Made by a program: the position numbers and the translations under genes. DNA of 63,645 nucleotides, counting the filler, from Sluysia triapertura (lineage: Eukaryota): assembly GCA_046118255.1 (NCBI GenBank). It is 5 parts of 5 records of this genome, joined end to end, with 100 filler letters (N's around TTAATTAATTAA, not from the genome) between each part and the next. Parts side by side here need not be neighbours in the genome. Positions count along the whole stretch, not along the records: positions 28,271 to 40,569 come from JBJNIA010122195.1; positions 40,670 to 51,729 come from JBJNIA010189497.1; 3 more parts are not named here. One strand, written 5' to 3'. The notes beneath the pieces are model-generated. The model was not told the origin of the DNA. It did no database searches and saw only the letters and a program-made list of their open reading frames with translations. Shown piece by piece: positions 32,809 through 47,878 of the stretch (its first letter is position 1; every line of letters begins with the position of its first letter).

Positions 32809-35800
32809 GAGGTTAGAAGATTTATGAGGAAATTTGATTAATAATTTTTCGTACAGATGACAAAGTGATAATTTTTAAAAATTCGAAGAATGAATTACTT
32901 TATTTTTCTTGTGTAATTTAAACGAACTACAGAGTTGCTTCTAGAATGCTGCTCTGATGAAAATATTTTTAAAGAAATATATATGTTTTTAAAGGTTACA
33001 TCTTAACTCTTTTGTTATAAAAATGGGTATCTAAAATTTTTTTTTAATTAAAGTAAAAAATTTGGAAAAAATTATACATCTCACTTTCTGGGTGAAATCC
33101 GACGTAGAAGAAAATCATTTCAAAATATTTGTCACATTGATTAGTTTATATATAATTATCCAAAAAATTCGATTTAAGTTTTACAGAATTTTTTTATTTC
33201 TAAACATTTTAAAGTAAAAGAAATGATACTATGTTTATTAAATAATGAAGTTATGGATCTCTAATTTTGTTTTTCTATTTGTTTAAAATTTTAATTTAAT
33301 TGGAATAGTTTTAAAATTTGCTACTCAGTTTTCTAGTATGTATGAGTAATTTGATAATTTAATATTAACATTCATTTATTGTATTAAAATTTTACCTTTT
33401 TTAATGTTTTAGCTTAATTTGAGATTTTATTTAATATAAATTTATAATTTTTTATTTCCATTTGCACGTTTAATTAGAAATCTTAATTTATTCAGAAACC
33501 AATTAAGGTAACTTTTGAAAATAATGGTCAAGCATTTATTTTTATAATTATATTTTATTTTTAATATAATTATAGATTGAAATATATTTTGTGTTGAGAA
33601 AGTACTTTATATGTACGTAAAAATGTGATTAGGTTTATTCTTAAAAACTTATCAGTTTTTATTGATACGTAATAAATTTAGAATTTTTTAAATAGTGCCT
33701 TTATTAGTCAACCGTGACCAGATTACATTTTATTTGCTCTATTTACAAAAGAATTTGACTTTAAGCTGTTGAATTGTTAAATAATTAGAATATCTAAAAT
33801 AAGGAACTATCAGATTCTATAAAGATTGTTTATTTTAAATATTTGTGATAATGAACCAACTTTACAATGATACTATATTTTCTAGAGAATACAACCCAAA
33901 AGTCTCATTTGGTAATTATTAATTTTATGAGTTAAATTATCAAGAAGCATCGAAGTGTATATAGAAAATGCTTGATTTCAATTCACATTTACAGTGGTTT
34001 CAAACAAAAGTATGTTTTTATATAGAAATTTTATCGGAATTAGATTGGTGGCTATGATCAACAAAATTGGGAAGCGAGCGTTGAACAACGAATTTTACAT
34101 GTAAGTATATTGTGTTTGCATAAAATTGATATGAAGAAATTATAAATTTTGGTCGTTGTGGCTTTATTTTGCAATGTATTTAATTTTATAATCAAAATTT
34201 TAATGTAAATGAATTAAATTATTTCATTTCGACAAATAATGATTATTGTGATATAATTGTTTCTAATTAAGCTTCTAACATGCACTTCTGTTTTCATTTT
34301 TGTGTGTATGTTCAACTTCCAATAAAACTTACAAAATGAAGAATTGATAGTTACATTAAAGAATTAATTTAATAAATGTACAAAATAAAGCAAATTTAAG
34401 AAATTAAACTAATGAATAACTAAAATTACGATATTAACAATTAACTATGTTTCATCTATAATAAGTGATTTTAATAGTTATAAATTCTTATAAATAATTG
34501 GGCTTTTTAGAAGATACAAAAGTTTAGAAATGAAACCAAAGCAAAAATAAATTATTGGAAATTTTGACTAATTAGTAAAAACTTTAGCGATTAAATCGTT
34601 TACGCACTTTTCTAACAAACCTTTAAGCATAACCGGAAAAGTAAAGTCAGTTAGGAATAGACTTTTAAGCGCTATACAAAAAAGGAATCATTGAGAAAAT
34701 CGACTATTACAGGATATTTTTTTTAATGCATTAACAAGGAAAGAAAACTTTGAAATGAAGCTATGTATATAAGTCAAATATGAAACCGTTTATTTTTATG
34801 TTCTGCATACATAAATATAGATTTATTTCATATTGTTAATCAAGCGGACCAAACTGTTACTTTTGTTATGTGTGTTTTAAACCGAGTTCGTATTGGTTTA
34901 TTTTATTTTTAGATGAGAAACTCTTAAAACAATAAAGTAACAAATTTATGGTAAGTTATGATTTTCGGGATTAAGTTTATTTTATTTATACTGATATCCA
35001 TGTTAGTCACTTATCAGCTATTCTATATGATTGTTCTTACTAGCAACGCTATTTGTTTTAAATATTGCTAGCAATCATCTATACGTTATTAAAATTCAAT
35101 GCATTGATTTATAATGTGTAAACGTTTAGAAAATGATATGTATAGATGAAAATCGAAATATGCACTGTGATTAATGAATAAATTGAGGACGGTTGTATAT
35201 TTTTTTAATTGCTTGAATGAAATGTTTGAATAATGCGAATGAAAAATTATTTAAATAGAAAAAAATAAAGTTATTTTAAAGTATGCACAATTCAAGAAAC
35301 ATATGTAATCGATTATTAGATAATGAAAACACAAATAAAATGATCATGAATTAAAATCAAACAAAAACGTAAATACGTACGAAATAAAAGCATAAGTTAT
35401 CATTTTAGTTTAGGAGGTTTTCGATTAATGCGGTCCATTTATGGAAAAGACATTTATAGGCATTCTGATATAATGAACGTTTAGCTTATTTATTTTTCAT
35501 TTACTCATTTCTTGTGTTGGATTAAGTAATCGTGTTACGCAAGAGGCTCCTGTACTTAACCTTGAATATGATTAGTATGCACACATTTTCGTATAACACA
35601 ATTAAGCTATTGATCAAACTATTAAAATTTTCACAAATAAGCGACAGATTTATTGTTTTATTTACACAGTCACAATGCATCTTTAATATTAAATTCGAAT
35701 AATTAACAGAAAACCAACTACAATCATTAAGATTACAATATCTTTGTAAAATCACTTAATCAAAAAGAGATAATAGTTAGCTGTAAGTGATTAGTTGCAA

Positions 35801-37279
35801 GAATGAACTTTACAATTGTTGAATTGATTAGATAACTTTCACTAAAGATTCCTTGTGGTTCATGCAACAGAAAATCAAAATTTTATGAAAACGAAATTTA
35901 ATTTGAAAGAGAAATTTGCAAGGTCTTCAAAATAACTCTCGTGACATAGAATTTAAAACAATTAAATATTTTAATAATTAGTTAATTTAATGTAATGATC
36001 CTGTATTACATTACAATTACGCAAAAAGAGCCACCAGAGAATTCACAAGTGATCTAGAAAATGTCTGTTTTCAAAGAACAACTTATTAAAAATTAAAGAA
36101 TATTTACACAAAGATTGTAAATTTGTCTGATACAAGACGTGTTAATGTCTTGTGTCGAATGGACAGTACTGTGAAATGACGAAAGAAATTAGTCTTTAAT
36201 GTCAAACAGGACATCGTTAAAGGTTTAGAAATAATTTCTAAGAAAATATCAGATTGAGAATTTTTCTTCATTAATGAGTTGAAGCAAGGACTTTTAAAAG
36301 AATCCTTATATGTTTCTAACTATCAGTATTGCGGTCGTATTTATCATTAAGGTTTTTTGTCTCTTTAAATCGCAATATTCAAATATTCGATGCCTTTTGC
36401 GTCGAACAACTTTAAGAGCAGCAGGATTACTCCATTCACTTTTGAAACAATGTTCCTATGAAAATTTTACTGCACATTACACTTTTACCTTTGGTTTTTC
36501 ATCACATACTAACACCTTACATTCATTATGTAGAACCGAAGATGACAAATTTAAACCGAAGACTACGAACTTCCTATTGAAATAACTATCACACAATTGA
36601 TCATCAGCATAACAATTTATGAAAAGTGATAAATTTTTTGAAAATACACCTTGTGTAGTAATTATGTTAAAAATAATAAACTGATATTAAAGCAACATTA
36701 AAAATAAAATTACATTAGGCGATGATAATAGAAATAATACCGGTTTTTTGATCTATTACGTAAATTTTACATTAATAACATAAACCTTGCAATCAATTAA
36801 GTAATATATAAATATATTTGAAAAACATTGAATTTGTTGAAAAAAATACAAATATAGTACTTTATTCTATGATTATTTGTCTTTTTACAGCTTTATCTAA
36901 ATATGAAGTTATTTTCCTATAAAAACAGTGTTATCGAGTAATTTCTCCAAATTTATCAGATATGAATCTTTTCAAGTTAGTTTCAGTTTTTGCGCCACCT
37001 TGGATAACTAAATTTTTCGTAATCAAAAAAGGACAATACGTTGGCAAGTATTTCAAATTAAGTCTCGAAAACTCATCATTATCTTTTAATGCTCGGTAAT
37101 TATCCATTATAAAAATATGATCATGTACACTTTTTATCGTACATGCTGATTTTATTTCTTTAATAGTTGTTTTGTAATCTTCTTTACTAGCAACTGATTT
37201 ATCAAATATTTAATGATAGATAATGCTGAATTTTTAAACTAATTCAATATTTTTATTTTTCAAATACAAACTTAATTGA

Positions 37280-37800
37280 AAAGTAGATATCAAAAATGAC
37301 AAATTTAATAGATATATTTAGTATTTACAAATGATCAAAATGTCTACCTTGAACGTTTGGTTCCATTCGTGCTGAATACTTTGTTTTAGTTGATCAATTG
37401 TCCTAGGCTTTTTAGTATAAACTGCGTTCCTTAGAACTCCCCATAGAAAAAATCAGATCCGGGATCTGCAGGTCATTCGATTTGGTCCTCAGCGTCCAAT
37501 CCATTGTCGACCATCTTTGGTGTAGTGCTTAATCTTGTTGAAAATGAAGATCACCGAAATGGGAGAACTCATTAACATTAGGTTACACTTTAGTCTTCAT
37601 CATATCAAGGTAACGTTCTCCATTAACAGTTCCTTCGAAGAAGAATGGGCCAATTAGGCCAATGCTACCGATTTCAGCCACACTGTGACTCCAGGAATAT
37701 TGACTTCCGTTTCAATAATACGATAACAAAAAATGACAAAAGAAGAAATTACATTTGATATCTAATTTTTATTTAAGTTTGAGGTTCGGTTGCAAGGATA
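37280..37800 (-). mobile_element. Decayed Tc1/mariner (maT/rosa-like) element, copy 1
   Basis: Minus strand gives IGPFFFEGTVNGERYLDM, WIGR and DFF..WGVL.NAVY.KKPRTIDQLK fragments; highly similar to 39539-40199. Confidence 0.8.
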
Positions 37801-39182
37801 ACATTGTTCATTCAAAACTTACGTACTAGATCGAAAACCCTATAATAATGTAACAATAATTTAACAAAACATTTGTTGGAATATTCATCACATTAAATTT
37901 TAGTGAATTTTAGACCATTGGCTTACTGCAGTGAATTGAGTTAATACAATCCCGATAATCCATAAAAGGTGCATTTCATTTTTGTTATCGAAGATCTATT
38001 TTTAATCACTAAGACAAACATGCACGCATTATATTGATCACAGAGAACATAAGGTATCCTAAAGTCTTGCTCAACAGTAATTCTTAATAACAAACAAAAT
38101 CAATAATTCGAAAGATTTTTATTGAAAAAAATCATTTGTGGAGATGAAATGGAAATTACATGATGTGTTGGATCTTGGGAGGTTCGGATTATGAAAATGT
38201 TTTGGTAATTAATTGAGGATAGTTAGAAAGGGTAATGTACTACTTTAGAATGAATTTGAAATTATTCTAACATCAAATGCTTTCATTTTTAACCTGTACG
38301 AGTGTTTGGAGACGCTGACATTTCTAAATATATTGTCGATATCATTATACATTTGAATTCAGAACTCCAATATAATGCTGAATCAATTCTTTACGAATAT
38401 TGAAGTAGTGCATAGTACTCAAAATATCTATGCAAATGACTTGTTTTCTAAATAAGACTTCTACGAATGTTTCATTATCTCCAAGCGCAACCATCAAGTT
38501 CGTATTAGAACCAAAATACATTTCTGTAAATAAATTTACGAATTTAGTTTTTTACTTTAGAAGCTCGAGATAAATGTTCTTTTCGATAATTTATTTTTAT
38601 TAACACCACTTATACTTATATAAAATTTATTTATATATTTAGGGGTTAGAAAATCGTCCGAAACGTCAAGGCAGTTTAAATAAGGAATTAATTGATATAG
38701 ATTTAGTTCGGGGTTTGTTTTATATACATTTATAAATTATGAGAAATATATACAAACTTTCGAAATGTCTTATATTATTGTAATGTACTACAAAAGAAAT
38801 AGTGGTGAAAACAATAGCGATGTTTTTTCTTGTTTTTTGTGCTTGTGCTATTTTCTGTTTTTTATTCAAAATTTAACTACTTGATCAGTTTGTAGTAGTG
38901 TTTTAAGAGAAATTGAACAGTGTTTTATATTAAAATTAAATTACTTTGATGTCTGCCGATTGTATATACATATATTAAAGTCAGCCATCACAATGTTCAT
39001 CGCAGAAAATATCGTTTTTCATGTTTGTTTTAAATATACTTTTCATTATTTGTTAGGACGACATAGTTTCTAGAAACAATTAATCAAAAAGATTATACAA
39101 ATTCATTTCTAATTTGATAATCAGTCGCCAATTCAATATGTATTTCTACTTGATAAATGATTGGGAATAATAATTATATTAC

Positions 39183-39246
<64 letters not shown>
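39183..39246. repeat. (ATT)n microsatellite
   Basis: Tandem att run. Confidence 0.95.
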
Positions 39247-39538
39247 TAATGTCAAAAGAGATATTTTAAAAGAATCTGAACTGAAAAATGAATGATTGAA
39301 AATAAAAAATGGCACACAATAAACACAGATCTAAACTTGTCGACCTTATTGGACAAGTCGAAAATACCGAAAATAAAATGCGATTTTACTAAAATGGAAA
39401 TGAAAAAAATGAATACTAAAATAACACAAAGTAGTAATAACGAGAAAGTAGATAAATATAAATATTTGTATAGCCAAACAAATTTTATAGCAGAAAATTA
39501 AATAATATATGAATGAAATTAGCCATTTTATCACTTCA

Positions 39539-40199
39539 ACATTTGATTAGTATATAACTGTAACCGAACCGCAAACTTAAATAAAAATTAGATATAAAAA
39601 GCGACAAATTTAATATGTATATTTAGTATTTACAAATGTTCAAAATGTCCACAGTAACGATATCTTTTGACAACACTGCGACACACTTTCTGACAAGTTT
39701 CCTCTGAAATTTGGTTCCATTCGTGCTGAATACTTTGTTTTAGTTGATCGATTGTCCTAGGCTTTTTAGTATAAACTGCGTTCTTTAGAACTCCTCATAG
39801 AAAAAAATCACGTGGTGTCAAATCCGGGGATCTGTCAGGTCATTCGATTTGGTCCTCAGCGTCCAATCCATTGTCGAACATCTGTGGTGTAGTGCTTAAT
39901 CTTGCTGAAAATGAAGATCACCGAAATGGGAGAACTCATTAACAATAGGAAACACTTTAATCTTCATAATATCAAGGTAACGTTCTCCATTAACAGTTCC
40001 TTCATAGAAGAATGAACCAACTGTGACTCGATACTATGACTCCAGGAACATTGACTTCCGTTTCAATAATACGATGGGCAAATGAATAGAAGCGAAGATA
40101 ACAAAAATGACATAAAAGAAGAAATTACATTTGTCGTTTTTGATATCTAATTTTTATTTAAGTTTGCGATTCGGTTACAGTTATATACTAATCAAATGT
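39539..40199 (-). mobile_element. Non-autonomous Tc1/mariner element with ~70-bp terminal inverted repeats, copy 2
   Basis: acatttgattagtatataactgtaaccgaa..gcaaacttaaataaaaattagatat and its inverse at ~40127-40199 enclose a deleted transposase. Confidence 0.85.
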
Positions 40200-40569
40200 A
40201 GAAATAAATTGATCATATAATAATACGTTTATATAATAAGGAGAAATTAAAAATAATAACAATAGAATATACTGTAAATTGACAACACAATAAAGCTCGT
40301 AGGAATTGTATCTAATTTAGACGTCTTGTCATTTATTCCCATTCAATTCTAACGAGTATCGAAATATGAATCGATTTAGCTCTATATATTTGAGTTTGAA
40401 TTGATTGTGGAATTTCAAAAAATACTTATTAGAATAAATGGTAGGACATTTTTTAAATTGCAGTTTCATATATTTACAAAATCATTATAATTTTTCAATA
40501 AATAATTAATCAGCCTTCACGTTACATATATTATCAGCGAGACCGACTGAGCATTTGATATAAAACCCA

Positions 40570-40669
40570 NNNNNNNNNNNNNNNNNNNNNNNNNNNNNNN
40601 NNNNNNNNNNNNNTTAATTAATTAANNNNNNNNNNNNNNNNNNNNNNNNNNNNNNNNNNNNNNNNNNNN
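40570..40669. other. Artificial contig linker
   Basis: N-run + TTAATTAATTAA + N-run. Confidence 0.99.
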
Positions 40670-42080
40670 TTGTTAGGATCATTATAAATGTTTTCTCTAT
40701 CATGATTCTTATTTCAACAATGTTTATAATGTTTAATCCATCACTTATACCAGTTTTTCCCTCATTTTATGATTTTACTTATGTTCATTCCTCTCCAGAT
40801 CCTCAGTTGGCCAATCCCAACAAATGTACAAATAAATTTTATATTCTAAAATTAATATTACACATATAATTGTAGTTGGAGTTTGAAATTTAGAAGTTAA
40901 AACTAAACAAGAGCTTTTCCAAGAGGAAATTAATAATTTGCATTCAATGAGAATTAGAACAACATTAATAAAAAGATTTTGAATGAAAGCTTAAGATTTA
41001 AAAGATTTTAGTATTGGTAAAGTGATTAAGCCAAGTACATATTAGAATTGTAGAAATAATTTCCAATAAATTAAGAGAGTTTATTCATAAGTCACCCCGA
41101 GAGCGACATAAGTTAAGAAAACTTTAAATTACCGAATTTTATTAAAATCCTATAGGAACGTCTTCAATAGAGATATAAACCGTTTACTATAGGCGTCCCC
41201 TAGTCTAAATTTTAGAGAAAGTACTTGCATTGTTACTATTTTATTATTATTATTATTGTTGTTTTTGTTTTTGTTATCCTAATCATTTTCATAAATTTTA
41301 CATCATAACAATACTCTTTACCATAAATACTCTTACGAAGTATTCAAAATTTTTATTGGATATAATAAAACTGTGATATACCTTCAACAAATAAAAGTTA
41401 TTAAATTCTGTTACATCTTATAATTTTACTCAGAATTTAAAAATATAAAGCAGCCTTTAATATCATTATAATAAATACATCTAAACATCAAATTTTGATG
41501 AAAATTAAGTGAGAAATTGAAGTGGACTCTCCTCAATTTTTTTGTATCCATTTATTTATAAATATTGCATTTATTTGAATTCTTTTGCTAATAAATAAAA
41601 CAATCCAACATTATTAAAGTTGATAGTAAAGGAACAAATTCACTAATATCATTATAACAAACACCACAAAAATGTATTGTAATGATTCAGTTAAAAATGA
41701 ACCAAAATGAAATGCAACATTTATAAAATTTCTTAAAACAGATTGAGCCAAGTCCGCTCCATCGTAAGTCAAAGTTGAAGTGATTCAGTAATAGTTATTG
41801 TAAGTGATAATCCCAAAACATGTATTATCAAGAATGCAGAAATATGAAGATTTGATATCGGGGAGTGAGTAGAATGCCGTGAAATTAAATAATGCTGAAT
41901 TGCTTGTATTAACTTTTTGAGATAAAGTAACTGTAACAGAATGAAAAAATTGCAAGATATATAGACCTGAACTTGCAATACTTAATTAGCAAATCAAAAA
42001 GATTTATAAAATAATTATTATACAATAAAATCTCATTATCTTGTAATTACATAATGAAATAATTACTAAAATCAATAATT

Positions 42081-44538
42081 ATGAATTATCTTGAATCACA
42101 AGGTGACGAAAGTTTAAATCATAGTTTAGACAGTTTAGTATTACCGCCACCACCGTTATCAATATATGGTGATGTTCCTATTAATACGAACAAAACTGAT
42201 ACTTCAATTGATCCGACTGAATACAATTTTAAACATTCTCATGACGATTACGTTTTAAAACCACCGGTTTTTTTCTTAACAGATAAAGATATCTTAGACT
42301 ATTACAATTTTTTACAAAATTTAACGATTTTAAAAGAACAAAATGATAATAAAGTTGACTATGATGAATTTTTAAATAATAAATCATTGCCAGATAAAAA
42401 ATGGCGTTTGTTTATTAGTTTTCAACGTCTTTATGATGATTATTCAGAAATTTTTGAACAACTTCAAATAAAACTAAAAATTATTGAACATTATGAAATG
42501 GAATATTCAAATTTTAAAGTTAAAAAATCACAAAAAGATGTATCTATTCAAACGCATTATGAAAGACAAGCGAATAAATTAACTGAAACAGTAAAAAAAA
42601 ACAAAAGAATGTAAATCAAAAATGAAGATAAAAAAATCGTTATTTAATTTTGGAGTTTGTTTAAAGAAAACTCCAAAAAAGAAAATACCAAAATTCATTA
42701 TCACTAACACAAACTCTAATGAACATTTAGAAGTATATGAATCAATGTTTACAAAACGAAATCAAATTTTTCATGAAATATTCATTGATGAAAATTCAAC
42801 CAAATTGCCTATTACTATTCCAATAGCGTTAGAATTATTGATACCAAAAATTCAAAGTGATATTGAAAAAATATTTAAATGTTGCCCATTTTTATGTGAC
42901 CCTTTGGAAATTGTTGCTGAACTACGTAATTGTGATTATGATTATAAAAAGTGTATTAATTATTTTCAAGGTACAAAACAGTTGCGATCTTATTATATCA
43001 ACAATTTAAAATTATCGGAATCTATTGAAGAAAATCATGAAATAGAAAATATAATACTGAAAGAAAAATCTAAAAGTGCTATTTTCACAGCAGATATTAC
43101 TAGATTACAAATTAATACAAATGAAGATGACCAATTTTTGTCAACAAATAATAATAAATGTGAAAAAAACATAAATACTTATGTTCAAACTGAAAATAAA
43201 GATATATTAAAGCTTTATTTTAATATTAATAAAAAAATTAAAACTACAAAGCAGTTAAATAGTAATTTATATGAAGATATTCGTTATTTTAGTAATCAAT
43301 TAAATAAAGTATTCGAATCATTAAAAATTCATATGATTACCGTTATTAATCAATGCAGTGAACGTTTGGTAACAAATGAACAAAAATTACGTTTGTTAGC
43401 GTTATCTCGTCAAAATGATGAATTAAAGTTAAAATTGAAAGAAGAAGAAAAACGTCGTCGGCAAGTTTATAATCGTATGCAAGAACAGTTAGGTAATATT
43501 CGTGTTTATTGTCGTTGTCGAAAATTAAATGATGAAGAAAATGTATTTGAATATGTTGCTGATGATACATTGATTTTAACAACAATATCTGGTGAACGAT
43601 TTGAATTTGACAAATTATTTCAACCAGGAATTTCACAAGGTGAATTATATGATGAATTCCGTCCATTAGTTATGTCATTTATTGATGGATATAATGTATG
43701 TTTTATTACATATGGTGGGGAAGCAAGTGGCAAAACATATACATTAATCGGTGAAAATAAGGATCCTAGTCAACAAGGAATTATGCAACGTTCGTTGACC
43801 ACCATTTTAAAAGAACAGCGTGTCCGTCAACGTGACTGGGATTATAAAATAACGGCTTGTTTAGTTGAAATATATAATGATAATTGCATTGATGTATTAA
43901 GTGGAGAAGTTGGTGTTCAGTTATACGTGGATAGTGGAATGGAAGTTGCCTACCAAAAATTGAAAAGTGTACCAATTACTAATGAAGCTGATGCAGATGC
44001 TTTGATACAAGTGTGTACAGTAAAACGTAAAATTGCTCGCACAGCACTGAATCCAGCTTCCTCCAGATCTCATTTGATCATTTTGATTCGATTGCAAGGT
44101 ACCTCAAAAATTCACGGTGAACAAATTTGTAGTTTTCTTTGTTTATGTGACTTAGCTGGATTTGAAGACATAATAAAAGCAGAAACACAAACAAACAAAG
44201 TATTAAGTAAAGAAGCTGGTTATATTAATCGTTCTTTAACTGCTTTCAATCGTGTATTTGTAAGTTTAAAGCGTCAAGACCCAAATACAGTTTGTTATCG
44301 GGAAACTAAATTAACTCATTTACTGAAACCTTTTTTAACTAATTCAGGGAAATGTGCTTTAATTGTTACAGTTAGAAATGATAAGCGTAGTATTGGTTCT
44401 ACGCATAATACTTTGAGATTTGGAAAAGAAACTAGAGGAGTAACATTGGGTAAAGCAAGACGGCAAGTCAACATGAATAATACGTGTTATACTTCCAGCA
44501 CTTGTACTCAATTCAATAGTCATGCTTCAATTAATTAA
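42081..44538 (+). CDS. Kinesin-14 (C-terminal motor, KIFC-like), intronless; split by a 1-nt frameshift at the A-run 42593-42601
   Basis: Coiled coil + RRQVYNRMQEQLGNIRVYCR neck, GGEASGKT P-loop, EIYN, NPASSRSH, DLAGFE, INRSL, YRETKLTHLL, TLRFG. Confidence 0.88.
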
Positions 44539-47500
44539 TGATATAGATAGATGCATTAAATATTCATAAAATAATTTAACAAATGAACTGTAGTTTTAAA
44601 TAAAATTTCTAATACTTCAATGATTGATTTCGATGATTATTTTCGAATTTATTTAACACTATTCCTATCACGATTTTGTGTATACCTATTTCGACCAAAA
44701 AGTGTATATTTAGATCTAGGATGAGCTGAATGAAAATTATACCGCTAAATAAATTTAATAATTATTATACGAAAAGTCAAAACATGATTTGATAAAAAAT
44801 GGTTAAACTTAAAAAACAATTTCAAATTAAAATGTTAAAATGTGTCATTTGAAACATTTGGTAGAAATAGTGTTAAAAGTTTTACAATCTAAATTTCAGC
44901 TTAAGTAAAGTTTGTTTTACATAATGTAAAGTTAAAAACTTTTAAATAGCTACATGATATGGTTTTTTATACAAGTATTAAGAAATAAATCCAATTTTAA
45001 TCAGTTCCTAAGATTACACTAATTTTTATATAAATGACTTAAGTATTAAATGTATAGTTTGAGTAATACCAATTGAAATATTAAAATGGAAAGTTCATGC
45101 AATAATTGTTTTTCAACATAAAAATTTAAAACATTCTCTATTGAGGTTTACCGATAAATAAAATATCTATGTTAAGATAACAAAATTTTTTAAACTATGG
45201 ATCGCAATATCTAGCAAGAAATACAACTAACTAATAATTGTGAAATTAATGGAAATACATAAAAGCTGTTTGGATTATGTTGAATTTGTTGTGTCTTTTA
45301 ATACTTTTATTTTCCCAAATTATTAAATTAAAACTAAATAACTAAGTAATTCTAAATCTCGATATATTCGTTGTACTATCACAAAACTACAACTAGAATA
45401 TATATAAATTATGACAATACAAATTACTCTTTATAAGAAGGTAAATTATTCTTTAAAGACAAATTACAACCAGGATTGACACAACTTATTTAAACTTTAG
45501 CATCCGTATCAATACAAAATATAATCAGTAAGAAATGTCTTACTAATCCTTGCTTTAAAAAAAATGAATTATTTTAGTCAATTGCTAAAGAAATGACTTT
45601 GGTTTCACCGTTATCCAATGATGAACCAAAGCAGTTTCCCTACAGTTAAAAAGTTTTCTTAATATGATTTATCTTGATTCTGTCCTATTGTCGCTTTTAC
45701 TTCTGTTTTAATTGTAGAAATGTAACTGCTTATATAGTAGTTTTATGGTAATTAGTGAAATTAGAAAATCAGAAATCTAATAAGCCGGAAATCAAAGCTG
45801 TCGATTTTCTTTTAGTCGGCAATAAACCGACTAATTTCGCTGATTAAATGTCGACAGAAATTTCGGCTTTGTTCAATTTTATTTTCATTCCAATTATCTA
45901 AAAATAATGGGATTTATGGAAAACAATCCCCATATCTTCTTAATATCACCTAATCAAAATTTAAAATTATTGTTACAAAGCTATTATACCAATAACGTAA
46001 TTTGTCAACTTAATTTAAAAATAAAGTTTATGAAATAATAAATCTATTTCTTACAGGAGTATTGTGCCTTAATACGTTGTGAGTCAACCGTACGTCATGT
46101 TTAATAAAATATTTGAATTAGTATCTCTAAAAGCATTAATTTGATATATACTTTATTAATACTTAGACATCGGAACATATTAAACTTTAGTTTTAAATTA
46201 TAAAAATTAATTAAAATAACTAATTTTACGTTATTTACGTTGACGTGCTTCGCAATACTTCACCATTATAATCAATAATAAAACTCAACATTATATACTA
46301 AATTTAATATCATTATATCATTATAGCATTTTAATTAAACAAATTTTAATTAAGTTAATTAAGTTAATGTACTTTAATATTTTAACAAATGAAACCTTTT
46401 AAAGGGTTATTTCTTCGTATTTCTCATTATTTTTGTGGTGACCAACCCAATAATTAGGAATTTTATTACTATAACATATAACAAAATCACTATCTAAAAC
46501 CTTATCAAAACGTCTTAAAACATTTCCATTTCATACTCCACAACATTAAAATTACATAACACCAAATTCACATTCAATACCGAAAATCACCAAAGACCTA
46601 CTTAAAAAATTTTACTCAAAACACCGCAAACTTAAGTCAACATAATTTACACAAATTCACATTCCATAAGTTTCCATTCACCTTTCCACATTTTATCTCT
46701 TTATACCAACTAGAACCATTCTCATTTTTATACATCTTTAAGTACAAATTTATTATATCAAAGAAACCTTTACATTCAAAATCATCAATATATTAAAAAT
46801 TCAGTTAAAAAATTTCATTCATTATTACAATTAAAATTACACCTTCAAATTAAGTCAAAACATTTCAAATTTATAATCTAGCCACTTTCAAAATTAACAA
46901 TCTACTTTTAAAAAGTTCATTAAAAACATTTTATTCAAAGTCACATAACATTACAGTCATAAGCACATCCGTTAATATTCTATAACTATCCTTTTAAAAT
47001 ATATCAAAACTGTCGCTATACCTTACTCCTTTCATATCCACCAAATTAGTCTCATTTCCAAACCATCAATATACATTAAACCTTGTCCGAAACATTCATA
47101 AATAAATTGTCAACATTCAAATTAGAATTCCTTACAAAACCTTTAACGCATATTTTAAAGTTCGTTTCAAAGAAACATTTTATTTTACTTTCTCACAGCA
47201 CTAGAATTTTAACTGCACACATTTATCAACCTTCAGCCACATTTGACCTCTTACCAACTTACTAACATTTTAAAATATGTTAAGAAAATATCTAAAATTT
47301 AAAGAAAGATTGTGTTTTTTTTATTCATAAAAGAATTTATGCTTTTAATTTAATAATTACTCTGTACTTTTGCGAATTTTATCATTATCATTACTTCTCA
47401 TTATTATTACTGTTATTTTATCATTAACATTAAATAAAACAGTCACACCTCACAGTGACTATGTATCGATCTAAATTGTGATGTTTGTCACCATTTTTAA

Positions 47501-47878
47501 TTATCATTTTTGTCAGCTTTTAAGCTTAATGGTGACAAGTACACTAATTGTAATAATATATTAAACTTTGCTTTTGTGATTGGAGAGTCAATCAAATTCA
47601 GTCATTATGTTGCACTTTCAGTGACTGTCCAATCAGCAGTTTCTTCACATATCGCACACTGGAAGTTTGTTGGCTTGTGTTTAGTTGGTGTTGTGTGCGT
47701 GCTATAACTACTACTATATTGTGAGAACTCAAAAAAATTTTACTAAATAATAGTTGAATACATTTTTACTCAATTTTTGTTGAATATTACTTAATTTTTA
47801 TTGAAGATATAGTTAAAAAATCTGTGTCACACGTAACAATATAATTTATATTATTTATTATCTTTTCAAAAAATAAAA

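Noticed and set aside
46480-47270. Strongly C-over-G skewed segment as a gene or retroelement
   Set aside because: Multiple stops and no motif I could recognise; probably a decayed repeat, but unassignable without a search.
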